NCBI GenBank assembly: GCA_000708835.1
Contig: DF237110.1
Coordinates: 100,195-164,194 of the forward strand
DNA length: 64,000 bases
From: Klebsormidium nitens
Lineage: Eukaryota; Plantae; Klebsormidiophyceae
Direction of reading: 5' to 3'
The position numbers and the translations under genes are program-made. The notes beneath the pieces are model-generated. The model had not been told where the DNA came from. It did not search any database and saw only the letters and a program-made list of their open reading frames with translations. This document shows, in pieces, positions 60,058 to 64,000 of the stretch (position 1 is its first letter; each line of letters begins with the position of its first letter).

Positions 60058-63000
60058 TCAACTTTTCTTACAGGTGTTCTTATGTTCCGGCCGATCTTTC
60101 GTTTGGCAAGCAACGCTGCAATAGTTCTTCGCTCGACACCTTGAGCAACGGGGTTTGACACTCCCAAAAAGCATCTTGCAGACAGGACATCTTTCTCCAG
60201 GATGCTGAGCCATGAGCAACTCTTGCACCGACTCTCCAGCTGGACCATCATTGAAAACAACCTGGCGGTGCTTGTAGTACAGCGCTAGTCTCCTTCCTTC
60301 ATCCTTGGCAATGTCATCAGCCACGACGGAACATGGTTGCAAGTCACCTGTCACTTGCTGGAGCACTTTCTTCTTTTCTTGCGAATCAGCACCATCAATA
60401 TACACAACATTTTCGCCCCAATTGTAGCTCACGAGAACCCCGTTGCTGCCACTCTTTTGTGGTATTGCCAGTGCAAGCTGAAAGTTCGGCATGCTAGGAG
60501 CAACCACGTTCGTACAGTAAGGTAGAAGGCCCATCCGAAAGAAGCGGACGACTTCGTCGTCTTGATAACCCTCCAAGATGGTGGACATCAGTGCAGGTAT
60601 AATCTGCTCGTGAAAGCGCCTAAGTTTTGAGGACGAGCCGCGTGCTGCCACATTGGCCAAGCCCAAGCACACCTTGCCCGCAAAGCGGTAGCACGCGGAG
60701 CCGGTGAGCGATGCAACGGCAGCCACCGCGCCGGTATCAAGCATCACGTCTAACAGCTTGGGGAGGAGCTTTGGGGGGATAGCAATCTGGCCGTACGGTG
60801 GTTTCTCCGTCCTCTTGGGCTTGCCGGGTGGAGTGGAAAACCAGAGGCAGTCGTGCAAAAACACGACCATCCCCACAAGGAACTCCAGCTCCGGGTTGTA
60901 GACACGAGCCGGTTTTCGCCGGAGCGCGTCGGCAGCAAAGGCGCGCAGGAAGCCCGGGAAGAAGTGGGCCAGGAGAAAGTCAGCGGTCAGGGTGCCGGCG
61001 CGAAAGTTGCGCGTCATGACGAACATCCAGTGGCCCACGCTCTGTTTTATCGAGGGATCCCCCATGAAGCGGAACGCCGTCTCGACGGTTCCGTCGGGCA
61101 GCGGCCGCGCGTGCTCGCAGGTGAGGAGACGCACGAGGGCGACGAAGCCGTCCCTCGCATTCTGCAGGACGAAAGGCCTTTTTATTTAGGGATTGGAACG
61201 CGAAGGGTAGATCAGCCGGTTGTATGTGCGAAGACGATAGAAGAAGACGCGGATTGATGGATGCCAGTACTTGGTTTTCCAGCCTTACCAACACGAAACC
61301 GAATACAGACTGCAGGAACAGTGGCGGACGATGTACTGATCGTTCTTAGGAATCGGATGCGAGAACCTGGAAACTTTTGTACACAAGAGAGAGCTTGCTA
61401 GACATTTCAGAAGCCGGTTTCTAAACAATAGATGAACCGGAGACAGTCGACCCGGGTTGGAAGAGACTGCGGCATCAGTCAAGCTGGCACGTTTTAAGGT
61501 CGAGCGACGTGAGGCCCCTTCTGACTTTGGGCGGGGACGTAAGAACAGGGGCAAAGACACGTCATGAAAACGCCTCAATGTCCTGGTCTCAAATTTCTAG
61601 ATCTGAATGTACTGAAAGAACTTCCAAAATAGTCATTTTACAGGAGACAAGATCGTCAATGATGAAAGTTTGATCAGACAAAGAAGGAAGGGGGCGTCCC
61701 AAAGACGAATCAAGCAAGAAAATCGTCGTCCCTAAAATAAGAGGGGCTTACGCGGGCGACTGATGGATCTGGACTTTCCACAAGTTGTTGCAAGATTTGG
61801 AGCACCTTCAGAACGTCCGGGTGCTCAGCAATCTCCTTCTTTCCTGTCTTCCGGACTTCCGACTCAGGGTCGGTGCTGCGAAACCCAAGTGATGACATTA
61901 GAAAGGGACGGACATGAGATTTGAAGCGGTCCGTTCCATTATTAGTGGTCTCAAACGGTGAGACGTCCTGGTTGAGCCTCCAGCTGCGATTCGACATGTA
62001 AGCACGTGATATCAACATCTTTCGGTCTCAAACAGAGATCCAGCTTCTAAGATCCGTATTTACAAAATGGCTGGGAGCCAATCGTAACTGCATGGCAGAT
62101 TGATCTTCCGAGTTCGACAACGGCTTCCAGCCGGTCCCACAATCGTGTAAGCAATGTTGAAAACTTGCCGGTTTTCTTCTTGACAGTGCCAAAAGACCAC
62201 TGGCAGACATTGTGGATAACCAATGAATATGCAAACTATGTTACCATATGGCTGAACCATTCTCCAGGTGTTTGGAAGTCTTACGTAGGGCACAAGGCAA
62301 ACTTGGACCAATTACACAACAGATAAACTGTTCTAACCTGCACTTCCGATCAAGGAATAAAAAGCTACAGAAACCTTCAGGTGTTCACCTAGGAACATCG
62401 TTTGTGGTCAGAAACTTGCGCCCCATTCTCGCATTGAAGAAGCGGATATACATGCCAGAGTAATTTGAATTTTATTGTGGCCTTGTCCGAAACCGAAATG
62501 TCTCAGAAATTGAATGCAAGAAACTTGCTTGGGAAAAGCCTGCAGGCTGCAATCTGCTCACAAGTGCAGCCAATTGATCAGGAGGAGGGAGGCGCAGAGT
62601 CCCACGACCCCTTGTCTGTAGTCATTGACTCCTGGCTCCGGCTGCCTCTCGCACTGCACTTGCATGAAGCGAACCGTCACTTTGACAAGCCCTGCACAAT
62701 GAAGCAAGAACGACATCACGATATTGGACTACTATTCATGTCAATCCTACCCGCTTTGGGGTGGGTTTCAGACTCTGCCTGTCCTGTGTGGTCGACATGA
62801 AAAAGATTCCCAGGGAGGCATATATCTTTAAAAGGTCTTTTTCAGCTCTGGAGTTTACATGACCAGAAGGGAAGTAGAGCTGAAACCGTGTTCTTGTTAC
62901 AGTATGAAATCTATTATGGTGCTGCCTTGTGGACCATAACCAGAAAACACAGCGATTCCAGTTGGCGCACCAACGATAGATGTGCAAGCTTTTTGTCTCC

Positions 63001-63871
63001 AACAGAAGAGCTCAGAGCCTTTGCATTGTCAAATCCTAAAAGAACCTCAATGGTCACATGAAGGCTCCAAATCCAATTCTTGTGAACGTCCACTTACGGG
63101 CCTGTCGCCACTCCAAATCAGTGGGCCCCTTCACCGAAAGAGCAAAGTGGGATGCATACGAAAGCGTAGCTGCCGCTCTGTACACCATAGTGATGTAGTT
63201 GCCGTCCCTTTCCATCTTCCGACCTGCCTTCGAAATATCTCCGCCATTCTGGTGATCACGCCCTGCTTCAGGAACCAGTTGAAGCACTTTCTGCTCGTAT
63301 TTTGCGCTTCCGCGGTACTCTCCGCAGCTGTTAGCGGAGCCCCCATGCTTGTTAAGAAGTAGAGAGCATGCTGAAGCTGCATGTCCAGAATCAGCTTTTG
63401 TGTATCGGCCAACCTTCTGTCTTCCATAATAACTGCAGCTACCGGTCGGACCGCCCCATACGCCCACGCATTCGCCACCAGCTCTGGAAGGATTCTGACA
63501 CAGTGGCTCAAGCCTTCCACGACGCGCACGAAAGCCACAGGGTTCGAATCATGCAGGTTCAAGCACAGCATTCTGAAGAACCCGCAGTCTACCAGCGCTT
63601 GAACCTCTTGTGGCGATGCGGACAGCAAGTCTTGCCAGAGTTCGTCGAGAGTGAAGAGCATCTCCAGCTTCTTTTTCCTGTCCAACTGCCTTAGCGCTTT
63701 TCTAAGTGGCTCAGCCAGGAAGCGCCACCTCACATTCCCCTGTGCATCGCTTCTGTCCACACTTTGCAGAATCCGGGTCAGGACACTGTCCAGCACGCTG
63801 TCGGTGCAGGCTTGTATGGCAGGAGGAGCAGCAGTATCTGCTGCTTCTTTGCAAGGCGACGGGGTCACCAT
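60058..63871 (-). CDS. Helical (ARM-like) protein with a C-terminal MYND zinc finger; middle exon structure uncertain
   Basis: The last exon (~61161-60058) ends CPVC..RCSRCRAKNYCSVACQTKDRPEHKNTC (MYND). It is phase-0 joinable to the ~61750 exon (..SVAR|gtaag). Upstream candidate exons are 63871-63225, ~62878-62751 and ~62654-62565. The link across 62200-61990 is not resolved, so two genes are possible. Confidence 0.6.
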
Positions 63872-64000
63872 TGCAGCCGGAACCCTCACTAACTCCCTCT
63901 AACTCACACAAGCGCCCCTCACACAGTATTAACCCCCCTCTCAGGTGTGCATGATATAGGCCCCTGGTGCTGACCGACTGAGACAGTGAGAGTGAGACTG

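Noticed and set aside
1-64000. tRNA, rRNA, CRISPR arrays, prokaryotic operons or defence systems
   Set aside because: I saw no cloverleaf or T-loop signatures, rRNA-like segments or repeat-spacer arrays. The tandem repeats have related, not unique, spacers, and the DNA is spliced eukaryotic sequence.

Overview
Eukaryotic, intron-rich nuclear DNA with GT-AG introns and plant-type genes. It is most consistent with a streptophyte green alga such as Klebsormidium; that assignment is inference, and no database search was run. The six-frame ORF track is largely misleading because genes are spliced. I reconstructed exon chains by hand for about 13 genes: an SNM1/PSO2-type beta-CASP nuclease with a ~670-aa acidic tail ending in a canonical PIP box, ALG10, HRD1, a signal-peptide C2H2-like membrane protein, YAE1, an intronless multi-TM protein, a fungal-type double GT2 glycosyltransferase, plastid PYRD (RibD), RPA3, a USP, a 74-aa single-TM microprotein, an EMB2735-like protein and an ARM-like/MYND protein. 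There are also two MITEs, a ~1.4-kb direct duplication and a 592-nt assembly gap. The most striking unexplained pattern is repeated 'exon echoes': short tandem duplications (~100-160 nt units) that copy an exon boundary with its splice site into the neighbouring intron. They occur at six exon boundaries in three conserved genes, and most would introduce premature stops if used. The second highlight is an intronless membrane-protein gene, resembling fungal AtmA/DUF2834-type proteins from memory, sandwiched between two copies of the YAE1 terminal exon region.
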